NCBI RefSeq assembly: GCF_006345805.1
Contig: NC_043007.1
Coordinates: 60,326,001 to 60,390,000, forward strand
Direction: 5' to 3'
DNA length: 64,000 nucleotides
Source of the DNA: Octopus sinensis
Taxonomy: Eukaryota
Position numbers and translations under genes: made by a program. The notes under the pieces were generated by a model. That model did not search any database. It was given only the letters and a program-made list of their open reading frames with translations, and was not told the DNA's origin. Shown in pieces: positions 26,335 to 39,570 of the stretch (positions are counted from its first letter, which is position 1; every line of letters begins with the position of its first letter).

Positions 26335-27188
26335 CAGGGTGGGGCAAAGAGGACAGACGTTTTTGAAAAATTCACAAAATCATTAACTTTAGCTGCAAAC
26401 AAATTTTATTGACATCAACATGTTTGTACTGAATTAGCATTTATCAAAATCAAGTGTGGAAAACAACATCCATCAAAAGGTGTCCATTTTCATTGATGCA
26501 TTTCTGAAGGCCATCTTGGAAGTTGGCTTCCACTCTCTCCAGCATTATTCTGTTGATTTGGGTGACATTGCTCTCTCAGATTTTCAAGACCCAATAACAA
26601 CAGTTCTGTTGATTCACCATGCCATTGAGATGGAAATGAGCTTCATGCGTTAACAAAATGAGGTTGTCATTTGCCTCAAAAATTACTTTCATCTGACATG
26701 CAAAGTTAAGCCACTGTGCATAGTCCCATGTTTCAACTGTTGCCCAATGACCAATTTGTACAAGTAAAAATGCAAGTCTTCATGCAAAATACACTTTGCC
26801 GATCAATTACCGATGCCAAGTTCAGTGGAATGCCTCCAAGCAGAGCAAGTCAGACTCCATTATCAAAGTTTGTCTGACATATTCCACATTTTCCAGGGTC
26901 TGTACCATTCATAAGGTTTTGTTACAAGTGGGAACAGCCTAATTTCGGTGAATGTTGAAGTGGCACTAAAACTCACACTCAACTGCTGTGACAGACTCGT
27001 TATTCTTTATGTAACTGTTGTAGGCAAACACACAATGCTCTATCATTCACAGTGCCATGGCTTCACCTGAAAATAAAAAAAGTGCTAAGACTCCACAGAC
27101 CAAATGGCACCTGTCAGACATGTGTCCCTCTCCCTGGGGCTGAGTGATAGCCATTTCAAAAACGTCCATCCTCTCTGCCCCCAGCCTG
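26335..27188 (-). mobile_element. Internally deleted IS630/Tc1/mariner DNA transposon with both TIRs and TA duplications
   Basis: TA|CAGGGTGGGGCAAAGAGGACAGACGTTTTTGAAA on the left; the right end reads TA|CAGGCTGGGGGCAGAGAGGATGGACGTTTTTGAAA on the minus strand. Transposase remnants: EHCVFAYNSYIKNNESVTAV..HFNI, LHEDLHFYLYKL, EAHFHLNGMVNQQNCCYW, MLERVEANFQDGLQKCINENGHLLMDVVF. Confidence 0.9.
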
Positions 27189-27754
27189 TAAATAGGCCAG
27201 TGTTGAATGCACAGTAACTGTTACATCATAGACTACTCTTTATGCACATGGGAGAAATATGGAGTAAAATATGTCAAAATTGTGCATTTGTTGTATATGA
27301 CAGAAAATCTTATATTCCACAATTATTTTTTTTCCTTCTTACTATCTCCACTAGCTGATGATTTGCTGAATTATTTACCTACCAAAGACCTTGTCTTATG
27401 TCAGATAGTGATACTGTTCCTTCTTTAGGTAGTTTAAAAAGGAACCTATTGCTTGTTTCAAACTGTCAGTTATATGGCATTTCTTGTAGCTTTTCCAAAC
27501 AATCATGTAGTCTTTCATATGGTTAATTTCAAACAATCATACAGTCTCACATGTAGCTTATTTCAGTCAGTTGTGCAATCTTTAATGTAGCTTATTTCAA
27601 ATAGTGAGTTGTGCTATTTTACATAAAGTAGCAATCAGTTATACAGTCTTTCAGGGTGCTTGATTTAATCAGCTGTGATGTCTTTTAGGTAGAATTTTGC
27701 TATAAATGAAGAATGTAAACAATATTTTATTATAATCATTTTATAATTTATCTA

Positions 27755-27970
27755 ATTAACCTAACATTTAATCCAGCCCAAATATTCTACCTGTTTTATG
27801 CTCAAACTTATCAGATCTGGCCTCTCACATGTACCCTGCAATGTCATTCTAAAAATAAATAATCACCTCATCAAAATATCAAGGCTACAAGATAATACAT
27901 AATTAATTCAAAACAATGCTAGTAAATAAGCATTACATTTGACAGAGTAACCTGAATGCTAGTGTTAAAC
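27755..27970. mobile_element. piggyBac-type MITE family 1, decayed termini
   Basis: Internal sequence matches 57966-58185; ends taacctaacattt...tgaatgctagtgttaa. Confidence 0.7.
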
Positions 27971-28614
27971 TGGTTTCTTGTCAGAAGTACTTCACATATC
28001 GAATTATACTTCCAGTGATATATCGTAAACAGAAATGTTATATTTGTTCTTGTAGAGTTTTTTTTTTAAGTCCAATTAATATTATTCAAATTGAATTAAA
28101 AATAAAAGATCATTCTGAGCTTCAGGCAGTTCAATGTTTAACTCTAAATATTAAAAAAAAAAATTACATGTAAAATAATTTACAAATACACCTTTAATGG
28201 GATAATTAGATTATAAAATGTTATTTTTTATTCTTTCAATGATAACTGAACTTCCAAATTTCTCCCTATTTCAACTTTGCATGAATTTTGTTTTATTTTC
28301 TGTTTTTTTTAATCTGTGTAACCTTTTCCACATGAGTTTTTTTTTGTTTTTGTAGAAATATATTTTTACTGTGTTGTACTGATGTTGAATTTATTTAGTA
28401 CATGTTCTATATGGCTATATACATATGTGCACATAATGGAGTAAATCGTGACAGACTCCTTGTCTTTGTTGAGATATCCCTTTCTCATTGCAAAGCCAGA
28501 AATCTTGCTCTTGCTTGTTTCTGGACTACTTGGCTTTGTTGGTGGAAGTCTTAGAAAGGTTTTGTATAAGCTTCAAATTTCAGCTCAGGCATTACTGATA
28601 GCCATTACCTTTAA

Positions 28615-28955
28615 AAAGGATAAAGACCCCCTTTGGCCATGAATGACCATGGGATTGCACCTAGAAAGTTCCCCTCCAAGGTACAAGTCTAGGCAAGTTT
28701 GTTTACAGAAGACCAGCAGTCACCCATGCATACCAGCTTCCCCTCTCCATGCTACCAGTGTTATCCAAGGGAAAGGCAAAGGTTGATACAGCTTGGCACC
28801 AGTCACATCGCAACTTATTTCTAGAGCTGAGTAAGCTGGAGCAACATGAAATAAAGTGTCTTGCTCAAGAACACAACACACAGCCTGGTCAAAGAATCAA
28901 ACTCACTACCTCATGATGTGTGAGCCAGACACTCTGACCATTGAGCCATGCAAAG
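28615..28955 (-). mobile_element. tRNA-derived SINE of a further family (F)
   Basis: Minus-strand head GCATGGCTCAATGGTCAGAGTGTC...GAGTTTGATTC, then TGTGTTCTTGAGCAAGACACTTTATTTCA and a distinct 3' body. Confidence 0.75.
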
Positions 28956-29011
28956 ATGATTTTTCAGTGATGGTCATACTCCTTTTTTGAGTTGATAGCC
29001 ACCCATGTATG

Positions 29012-29051
<40 letters not shown>

Positions 29052-30419
29052 GTCTTCTGAGAATATTAGATGATTTACTTGTGAAAGTGGCCCCTTCTAA
29101 CTAAAATACCAGCATTTTTTTTTTCTTATTTAATTACTATTTATATAGAAATTAGTTATATCCATATAGTTATCACAACAACTCAGAAGTCAGATCTCCT
29201 GCATATTACCTACTAATTAATAATTTCCTTTGCACATTTTGAACCCAAACCCTACATGTTTTTTTTTTTACCACCTTCTTTATAGTAGTTACCCATTGGA
29301 ATAGTTTTGATTTTGTTGCATATCTTTTAATCATCATGGCATCACTGACATACCATTCTTAGGGACATATATCAAATTGTGAATATTTTTGTGTAATTTT
29401 CTTCTTAATAATAAAAATCATATTAAATTGACACTTGTATAAATATTTCTGTCTCTCGGATTCTTTGAGAGTTATGTGTACATATGTAATCAAGTATAGA
29501 TGAATAGATAAATGTCTTTATACACTGTCTCTGTTCATCAATTGCTGCAATTATTAGATATAATGTTTTGATATTTGTAACAGCTGCAAAATAATTTATA
29601 ATCTTGTAAATTTTTCCTCCTGGCAAGTTTTATTTCTAAACTGATGCATTTTTGTAAGTTTCTTTTATAGCACAAATACACAATCATTATAAACATGAAG
29701 AACATAGTTTTGTACCCAGCTGTTTCTACTTGTAAGGAAGACAGTTAAAACCTTCAAAAATCATTTCGAATGTTATGCCTTACAATTTCTAAAGATCTTT
29801 CAACAACTTCACATTACCACTCCCAAAACAAGGCTTCATCTTCAGAACCAGAAAATACTTCAGCTCTAGCTTAAGTAGGATTCATATTGGAATACTGCTC
29901 ACATATATTATTGGATAGTTCTGCTTGTATACACACATACATTAGTCATTAGCTTGCAAACATACTGTTTTTTTAAATATTTTTTTTCCTTTCTACCTTT
30001 GTTGTTAAATACTACCATTTTCTTTTTCAAATCCATTGCAAGAATTTTGTTGTAGTTATAGGCATGAAATCTTTTGGTGTAAAGTGGCAAACGCACACAG
30101 TTTCTGTCTACCAAATTTCATTCAAATGGTTTTGGTTGACCCAATATAGTAGCAAGCAGAATTAAACTCATAACCACTGGGTTGCAAAGTAAACTTCTTA
30201 ATCATATCACTGTGGCTGTACTCTATGTCTGGTGAAGTGTAACAAGTGGTATTCTTTTCTCTGCCTTGATGTTAAGATATAACAAACATTTCATAAAAAT
30301 ACAAGAAATTTGCCAATTTATAAATTAAAGAGAGGAACTAGATGACAGAGAACCAAGGTATGTGGTGCATTGCTGTTTTCAAAAAGACCTGCTCACCACA
30401 ACAGAGTTAAGGTCCTAAA

Positions 30420-31015
30420 ACCAAGGTGCTATATAAAAAGCACATGTGTGAGTGCTGGTGCCACATAAAATGCACTGGTGCTGGTGCCGCATAAAAGCAC
30501 CCAGTACACTCTGTAAAGTGATTGGTGTTAGGAAGGGTATCCAACCATAGAAACCAAACCAAAACAGGCTATGGAACCTGATGCAGCCCCTGGCCTTGCC
30601 AGTTCCTGTCAAACTGTCCAATAATTGCCAGAATGGAAAACAGACATTAAATGATGATGATGATGATGATGAACTAATAGGAGATTGGTTGCTTTGCATT
30701 CAGAAAAGCACAGTCATGGCTATGTGGCAAGAAGCTTGCTTCCCAACCACGTGGTTCCAAGTTCAATCTCACTGCGTGGTACCTTGGGCAAATGTCTTCT
30801 ACTATAGCCTCAGGCCTTGTGAGTGGCTTTGGTAGATAGAAACTGTTTGTCCCGGTGTGTTTATGTCCCTTTAACTTAGGAGTTCAGCCTAAGGGACCAA
30901 TAGAACGAGTACTAGACTTAGATAAGTACTAGGGTCGATTTGTTCGACTAAAACCCTTCAAGGTATTGCCCTAGCATGGTCACAGTCAATTGATAGAAAC
31001 AGGATAAAAGATCCT
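30420..31015 (+). mobile_element. RTE-tail repeat (30420-30670, (GAT)n tail) followed by SINE head A with body E (30715-31015)
   Basis: ggtgccgcataaaagcacccagtacactctgtaaagtgattggtgttaggaagggtatcc...ttaaatgatgatgat; then ggctatgtggcaagaagcttgcttcccaaccacgtgg...gggtcgatttgttcgactaaaaccc. Confidence 0.8.
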
Positions 31016-34000
31016 TGATGATGTTATGTAAAGAGAATGTTGTGATAGACTGTTAACTAAAGTTTAATAACAGTCTCCAGGAGTATTGGAAATATTCTTA
31101 AAGAGTGTGTATAGTGGTGCTTAGTGTTTAGATTATGCTATGCCCCCCGCTTTTTTTTTTCTCTTAAAGATTAGGGAGTAGTAGTAGAGCTTGGAAGTTA
31201 TATAGTGTGCATGTATATACACAAATATATATATATATATATTGTTGGAGAGAGCTATTGATTTGTTAATTTGAGAATATACCATTGTAGAATCAATGGC
31301 GCTATATGTATAGGAGAATAGTATGTCTACAAGAAGTTACTTTAATAAGATTTCTGTAGATTAGGGTTTGTCGGTGGGAGTATTTGAAGATTGCTTGGGG
31401 GCCTTAGATGCTTAGTCTAACAGGTTCAGTGCCACATTCTGTGGCTTGAGATTGTCTTTTGTTTAATCTTCTGGTTGATTTCTACTATTAAAGAGACTGT
31501 TCATTGTAGGATTAGATGTATGAGTTTGAAAAGTGTTTCTTGGTTGCTTGTTAGACAATGTTACTACAGAGTATTATTAATATGGTATGGCTGTTGTTCA
31601 AAATGGCTCTACAGAGTTGTGGTTAATTTTGTGATGTTGTTTTAATATAAATGAAGACCATTTCTGAATTTTTTATTATTTCATATTTTGTCTATTTCTT
31701 TGTTTAGTTGCTTAAGGTTTGTTTTATTTTTATAGTATGTAGCCCTGCTTTGTTTTAAGAGACAATTTAGTTTATATTGTTGGGATTGTTACACTGTCTC
31801 TGTAATTGTTTTATTAAATGCTTTCTTCTGTAATATCAAGGTTGGTAATTGTAGAATTCATAACAACTAATTTACTTTCAGTCTATTGGTTTCAAGGTTG
31901 GGCATGGATGAAGTCTTGTAATTAATGAACAGGCTTTTTCTTTCATGCATTAATCTGTTAAGATGATGATTGATATATAGTCTAAAGCTATTTCAGTGAT
32001 TGTTTTCCATACAAAGAATAAGTTTGTTGCCCAAGAACTGATATCATAGTGAAAAGTATGGCATAGAGTTTAGTTGGGGTACTATTGTACCCCAAGCAGA
32101 CACATAGAATATGATTGCATCTCTTGCATTATTATTATTATTATTATTATTATGCTGTCCAGTTTTCAGGTTTTGTTTAATTTATGTAATTGTATTTTTG
32201 GTCTATTTAGTTAAGGTTGATGGAGTGTGTGTGTGTGTGTGTGTGTTTGAAAAATATATGCATGTGTGATGATGATGAGTTTAGATCAGTTTACTAGTGT
32301 AGCAATGTGAAGTCACTGTATCAATATAGAGTACAGAGATAAACAAACTTGGTTAGTATATGGTCTTTAACAAGTCCTGAATGAAAACCAAGAAATCTCA
32401 GCAATAAAGACCAGCAAAATCATCTTACACACAACATTACAAGTATGAATATATTTGAATTAAGCAAGAAACTCGTGACATTCAAGGTTCATAACAATAA
32501 CTATTAACTAACTTTTGGTTAAAAATGACTAAGGAATATAAATTCTTTAATACTCAAAATACCAACATTAGTATCAAAAACCTAGAGAGAAACTGTTGTA
32601 AGCTTTACATTCTGGCAAAGTACTCTATGTGAGCTGTAAAACTTTTGTTGTTATTTTTCATTGATTGGTTTTTCATATCCTGCTTGTGTAGATAACTTCT
32701 CAGAGCTAGTCCTGAGTAAATTAACTTGTATGTTCAGTTTTTCTCAAGTAGCAGTTATAAATACTTAGGTAATATATTCACTTAGTGTAGATGTAACAGG
32801 TATTCTGGAATGTCTCCTATTCTTTTGTTCTAAATCTTCCATTCCTCTCTCCAGCTAAAATAGAAGAGTTATTTGTAATGGATAACTATATAACATAGAT
32901 AACTTTAAACTGTGTTAGTCAATATTTCATGCATTAAACCGGAAAATTTTGTCAAAATGCAAAAGAATACCTATTTTGAAAGAGGAACCATGAACAGAGT
33001 TACAATCAAATTATAATACTAATAATAGAAAATTCCTTACATTTTACTACCTCATCAAAATCCTAAACTGGACTTAATTTTAAACTTAAATTTGTAGTGC
33101 CTGATATCCAAAATCTCCCAACATCTCTCCAGAGTTGTTACTAAAGACTTTCCACAGACACACATAGATAGGACATTGTTATTACTCCACTGCATAAATT
33201 ATACGCCATTTCTGCTCATCATAACAAATGTACTTTAGCCTGAACATTATTTCCCTGTACCCTCTCTACCAGCTCAGTTATGTTAACAATGTTATTTACG
33301 ATTCCATTTTAAGTGGCTGGATTGACATTGCATTTGAGATTATCAGGCTCAAGTATTGGTTTCAGCACTCAGTAAAGTATTTTCTTTTACCAGATGATTT
33401 GGTAACACCTTTTATCTCTTCAGTTCAAAACATGTTAAATTCTAAAATTAAACTCTACCAAATATGTATAATTTATAATATCTCTAAAGTCCTAGTTAGC
33501 TTGTCACCAAGTGATCCCTATCATCTTTTGAAACTTAATTTACAAGGAAAGGCTTAGTGCTTTGTTTTAGTACAAAGCAATTTTTACCACTTAGTCTTGT
33601 AACTCTTCACTGATATAAATTTGTTAATTGTTTCTATAGGGTAAAAAGAAGCATTTGATTAATGGTTGCTTTTATTCTGTTGAACCTAAGTCAGTCCAGT
33701 GATGAATGATTCATTCCTACAATTTAGTTGTGTTGGCAGAATGTAAGCAATGGTATCCAACAGCTCCAATAGAGCTGGTTGACTACAATTATATAATGTA
33801 CCACAATGACTATGCTAAACTATTGATCATATTGGTGATGAGTTCAAACCCAAATTATTGCTAATTTGCTTATACATTACTATTCTATCTTGCCTGAGTG
33901 ATAAATTGATAACGTATGTTGCATTCCAACTTAATCAAAGGTCATCCAACTGTAAAAAGTAATTGCTACAACAAAAACCATTCTACAATTTGAGCATGAA

Positions 34001-34789
34001 AAACCGGCATAATTCTTTTAATTGCTTTAACAGACTTTCACAATCAACAAATTCAGTGTTTGATTCTGGTTTTAGTTACATTAAGTAGATGAGTCAAATA
34101 TCTCCCATGATAATACACTAGTTTGTTGTTGATATTTCTTCTTGCAGGTAGAAATATCAGTCAGTACTGCAAATCAATAAATCCCATGTTAATTTTACAG
34201 TGAGGTTGCTACTTGCATAAATAAATTACACAGCTCTGCATTACTTAATTTCAACTAGATAGACTTAGTGATTGCAAATTGTGTATCTTTTCCTCAACCC
34301 CAGTGCAGTGATGTTATATGAACTACTAACCACAGGAATTGCCCGTTATTGGTACATTTGGAAATGGATATAAAATTGCATCTGTGACTGATACAAAAGT
34401 ACATAAATGTTTATTTCACAGTGTACCTGGCTTATAACATGTACTTTTATTTCAATATTTAGTAGTTAGTGTTAAGGGGTTTCAACTACCTAAATCTCAG
34501 CTATATAAACATGAGACATTCATATACAATAATATATGTTTATTAGCAATAATAACTAAAACATTATAAATAAACAGAAAAATAAATCAGTGAGAAGAGA
34601 AACAAATACACATGTCTCATAACACCTCAGCACATTTCCTTTCTACCACCAATTTTTTACTCTTTTGATTGTTTTTCTTGCTTTATACTTTCATCAGTAA
34701 AGGCATACATTCACAGTTCTAGCTTGTTAAAACCACATAGCTTAAACCAGCTAAAGAATAAATAGTCAGACAGTTACTTGTTGCACTCA

Positions 34790-34960
34790 CTCAGAAAATA
34801 TTAAGTTCTGTTCCCAACCACATAGTTTCAGGTTCAGTCCCACTACACAGTACTTTGGGTATGTTTTTTTTTTGGTTTTTTTTTTTTGTACCGTGGCTCT
34901 GGCCCAACCAAAGCTTTGAATGAGATTGGAAGATGAAAATTGGAAACGTGTGTGTGTGTG
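34790..34960 (+). mobile_element. SINE head A copy
   Basis: gttcccaaccacatagtttcaggttcagtccca...ggcccaaccaaagctttg. Confidence 0.7.
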
Positions 34961-35879
34961 CACATGCATATAAAAATATGCTTGCACTTATTAGTTGATA
35001 TTGACTATTTATATTTTAATCACATATTGATAGCAAATGCGAAAGATCTGCAGTAAATAAAGTAAAAATAGTCATGTCTACTCTCTCTCTCGTGTGTGTA
35101 TAAGAGAAGAGGAGAGCAAGCAAGAGAGAGGAAAAGATGGTAGAAATTGTTCCATCACCTGCATGATTCAAACACCTAAAGAATTCAATCTCCAGGCATC
35201 CTCTTCTCTGTGTGATGTACTAAGTGAATAACATTACAAGAAATAGCACTACGTTCATCAGCAAGGAAATCCAAATGTTCTCAGATATTTGGATTTTTTT
35301 AATGTAAATTCTAAGACTGTGCTAACCACTACACCAAAGTGACAACCCAACATTGATTGACCAAATTAAGAGTCTTAACCTAAGTAGCTAAGATTACATA
35401 TATCTTTCAATTTTGGTGGATTTGGTATGGAGGAAAGTGTTGTGTCCCTGGCCATAACAGACCCTCTGAGACCTATGAGATCAATGTGTTTAACATTCCA
35501 CATGAACAGTTACAACTCTGTTGAGAAAATCTGTGCAGGGAGCTCAAGAAAGTTGATGTTTTATTGGAAGGATTGTGATGGTTGGTATGGAACTGAGAAG
35601 TTGGAGATCTATATACTTGGGTGTATGATTCATGGAGATATATGATCTTACTTAAATGTTTTGTGTACACCAGCAAAACCATATTGTACAAAATTTACCA
35701 TAGGATGCAATAAAGGCCAATTCATAAATTTGTAATCATTAGTCATAAACATTATAGATGAGAAACATGGATGAAACGCTTGTCTTTTTGATATACCTGA
35801 TAATTATTGTGACTAGAAAACAACACTTGTTAATATAAAAACAATTAGATATAAACAGTTAACATTTGAAAGTAGTTTT

Positions 35880-36560
35880 AGCATGCTTAACTGATGGTAC
35901 AAAACTTGAACTAATGGCAATATTTTTACAAACATTTAAACAGAAAGTAAATGTTCCCAAGTGGAGTTACTATTCAAAGTGATGGATGAACAAAACATTA
36001 TCACATATTTGGCTGGATAAAAGGACCAGGGTCTCTTCTTTAGTCAAAATCATTACTTACATGGTACCAGTCCCATTTACAATTGTGTGAATCTGTAAAG
36101 ATTAAATTTCAGGAAAATAAAACCATGCAGATAATGATTCTTGAAGGTTGTCCATCATTTCTATACTGGTTATATGTTTCAATGAATAAGCCATTTAAGA
36201 TACATATAAGTCATGGAAACCTGGTACATGGAAACAAGAAACTAACAAAGTAGATGGTACTACAAAATGTCTTGGTATTGTTGTAAAATGAGTGAAGAAG
36301 GCATGGGAAAGTATTCCAAATGAAATAGTGATGAAATCTTTTACATTGTGGAATTTCCAGTGCAATGGTTGGAACAGAAGCAGAACTGCTGTAGAAGTAA
36401 CTTTTAAGACAACAGAACAAGCACATACCTAACCTACATGACAGATGGGAATTATTATAAAACTGATGTTCACTTTTGATGTTGATGATGATAACAACAT
36501 TATTATATGTTCAAGAATGGCAGTGATGACAAGTTTTAAGCTTTGGTAACAATGATTAAC
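35880..36560 (+). mobile_element. Decayed pogo/Tigger-like (DDE_1) transposase remnant
   Basis: Remnants of WMDE, VSMNKPFK and VKKAWESIPNEIVMKSF..GISSAM..GTE, with stops and frameshifts. Confidence 0.65.
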
Positions 36561-37685
36561 TATAGATTGTCCCAAATAATTCTATGGATTCATGAAACCA
36601 TCTCTGGGTGATGCAAATGTATTTTTAAAATTCATTCATAAACAATTCACAAATGTTTATCTCATTCTTGCATGGTGTCATAAATTTAAATATACATGCC
36701 TTCCACACGTGTAAACACATGCACAGTTCTATATCTGCTGTCTGTAAGTTTAATATTTATTAGAGCTGCATCTATTATCAATCAATCGGAGGTGGCAGGT
36801 ACTGCTAAGTCTATTCTAGGCATAGATCTCAGAAACACATTGTTGTAGTAGCTAGGTTTTCAGAACAATATTGGCAATGATTAGAATTATATCAGCTAAA
36901 TGTGTTTAAACATAACCAAAGTGTTAACAGTATTCATGAGAAGCAATATGAGATCTATGTACAGGTCAATAGCTGAAGTCAAAATATAAACATAAAGATA
37001 CTAACTCTAATAATTCATATAGTAATTTTTTTTACAACAGATATTTATTTATTCTTTGTGTACACTGATAACTTTCTCGCAATTACTTCAAACCATGCCT
37101 ACTCCTATGTGGACTATACACCTTTCACTCCTCTTCATCCTTCTATACACAGGTGTATAAATTAAAGTGCAAGAGTTATCTACACTGCATGTGGGTTACA
37201 TGCAGCATAGATAACTTTCATCACACATACATTATTCTTATGAATATTCTGCAATTTTAGATTCATTTGCCAGAACAGTCACAACACACTGCTCTACTCA
37301 CATATCTGCAACAATATAATTGCCATTCATATCTATTTAAAAATACATCCAAATGAAAGAGACGTCTTCACTCAACAAGCTACAACCTTTGTATCCACTC
37401 CCTTTTTGTTTCCTCTGAACTATCCTAAACCTACTTAATATACTTGCACTTCATTCTTTTATCATTCCTCCTCATAAAATTTATCTAATTCTTCATCTTC
37501 AAATCTGCAATCTTTTGATGCTTGCTTCCCTATCAATATCCCATAGTTGAATTCCATATATATCAGCCTCACTAATTTTGGCAATCGTTTATATGAACAC
37601 TGCTGCCCATCTGACTAACAAAAAAATTATGTTATAGTTTATCTCTTTGTTTCTTAACACTAAATAATTTGTATCATTTTTACAG

Positions 37686-37811
37686 GTGATTTGCTTCCCT
37701 CTGATGGTGTCCTTATACAGTGCAATGATTTAAAAATAGATGAAAGCTCGCTGACTGGTGAATCAGACCATGTGAAAAAGAGTGTAGAGTGTGATCCTAT
37801 TCTCTTATCTG
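37686..37811 (+). CDS. ATP2B: PMCA coding exon 4 (actuator domain with TGES motif)
   Basis: Acceptor ttttacag|GT. Encodes [42 protein letters not shown](G). Donor TCTG|gtgagt. 126 nt, phase 1-1. Confidence 0.97.
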
Positions 37812-38374
37812 GTGAGTTTTCTTTTTATAAACCATTTTCTAATTTCATTACATCAGTCTCCATTATGATGGGTTCTGAAATTTAAAATGAAAAGATTTTT
37901 TCCTAATGGTATTATGTATGATGTTTTGCACTCAACTACATAATGGAAGTTATTTTGACTGCATCAAGCTTCAGTATCCTGCAGTTTTTATCACTAAAAA
38001 TTTATATCATGCCATAAAAAATATGAGTCCTCCTTTATCTGGCTAATTCTTATCAAAGGTTTTTATCTATATCTTAGCATTTTATAAGGTGAAACATTTT
38101 GCTTTCAAGGTTCAGATAATTTCTGATGTTGCCTTAATTCTTCTTAAAATTACTTTGTAGTAAATCTATAATACTGTATGGTTTTATATTTTGACAGTAT
38201 ACAAACATTATAATTATTTGTAATCTGTAACTACAAGTTCACTTTCATTTTATATATATATATTTAGTGATATATATGAGAATTCCATGCATTAATTTAA
38301 AAGTGCAGCTTTGAAACTAGAGTTTAACTATCTAAATATTTTGTTTAAAAAAAGAAATGTAGTTCAGCCATTAA

Positions 38375-38591
38375 CCCTTTTGTTACCATATTTCTGTCAA
38401 CATATGCTGTCTTTGTTTCAATTAATTTTTAAAATGAGGTATTTAGTAAAATAACTTTCTTGTTATTAAGCTTGGATCTGGAACAAATTAGCATAAAATT
38501 TTTATAGAAAATTATAATTTAGACAACTTTAAAACAGTAAGTTTATGTCATAGAACCTGGAGCAGTCTCATGTAGGTTGGTATGAAAAGGG
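38375..38591. mobile_element. piggyBac-type MITE family 2
   Basis: TTAA|CCCTTTTGTTACCA ... TGGTATGAAAAGGG|TTAA. TIRs match at 12 of 14 positions, TTAA on both sides, 217 bp. Confidence 0.8.
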
Positions 38592-38814
38592 TTAAAGATA
38601 TAAATGAGGCTAGTTTCTAAATAAAATTCTGAGATTGCCTGTATTTTTTTTTGTAGATTTTAGATTCTCATCCAAAATGAAAATTTTAATTTTGTTAACT
38701 AGAAATAACTATCAACATTTCATTTATAAAAGACAAATAGCAGATTGTTACAAGCCAGATGCTGTAATTTCTAAATCATTTTAACCCATAATTCCCAATA
38801 TATATTATAGATAT

Positions 38815-39255
38815 AGACATGGCTATATGATTAAGATGTTCACTTCACAATGTCATGGTCTTGGGTTCAGTTCCATAACCTGGTTAAAAAGTTTGCTTCA
38901 CAACCATGTGGTTTCAGGTTCAATTCCATTATGTGGTATCTTGGGCAAAGGATTTCTATTATAACCTGAGGCCAACTAATTCATTGTAGGTGAAACTAGT
39001 ACGCACAACCATGCATAAAGTGTGCCACATGTAAACAAGACAGACATAGATATACATGCACATGGGCGTGTATTTGTCTCTTTATTTTGGCTTTATATTG
39101 ACCATATTTTCGAAAACAGAATGTGTTTATGTCCCATAACTTATTTTAGCAGATTGCAAAAAGTAAGTATTAGAGCTGATATATTTGGCTAAAACCCTTC
39201 ATTGTGGTACCCCAGCATTGTTGCCCAGTGGTTGAAACAAGTCATCAACTAAAAG
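38815..39255 (+). mobile_element. SINE head A (partly duplicated) with body E
   Basis: catggctatatgattaag...cttcacaaccatgtggtttcaggttcaattcc...aaaacccttcattgtggtaccccagcat. Confidence 0.7.
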
Positions 39256-39426
39256 AGTAGAAAAATCAGAATATGATATGCAATGTTTGGACTAATAAAC
39301 AAGCCACAAGCATTTCTGAACTGGTAATAATAACATTGCATTTATACATATCACTGCTTTATGCTCCTACTTCATAGAATATATTATGTTATATTAATGA
39401 AAAAAAATGTTTTTTTCCTTCACTAG

Positions 39427-39570
39427 GAACTCATGTAATGGAAGGAAGTGGTAAAATGCTAATTACGGCTGTGGGCATTAACTCTCAAACTGGCATCATT
39501 TTTGCTCTGCTTGGTGCATCTAATCAAGATGACAAAGAAACAAAGAAAAAGAAGAAAGGTGAAGAAGGAG
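39427..39570 (+). CDS. ATP2B: PMCA coding exon 5 (end of actuator segment, Lys-rich loop up to splice site A)
   Basis: Acceptor ttccttcactag|GA. Encodes [44 protein letters not shown](GEEG). Two in-frame donors: AAAG|gtgaag after 39558 and GGAG|gtaact after 39570. This exon is absent from the ORF track. Confidence 0.93.

Noticed and set aside
31060-32150. G/T-skewed tract suggesting a decayed Penelope-like retroelement on the minus strand (similar impression at 46450-47530)
   Set aside because: I could not recover a convincing RT or GIY-YIG motif by eye; needs BLASTX.
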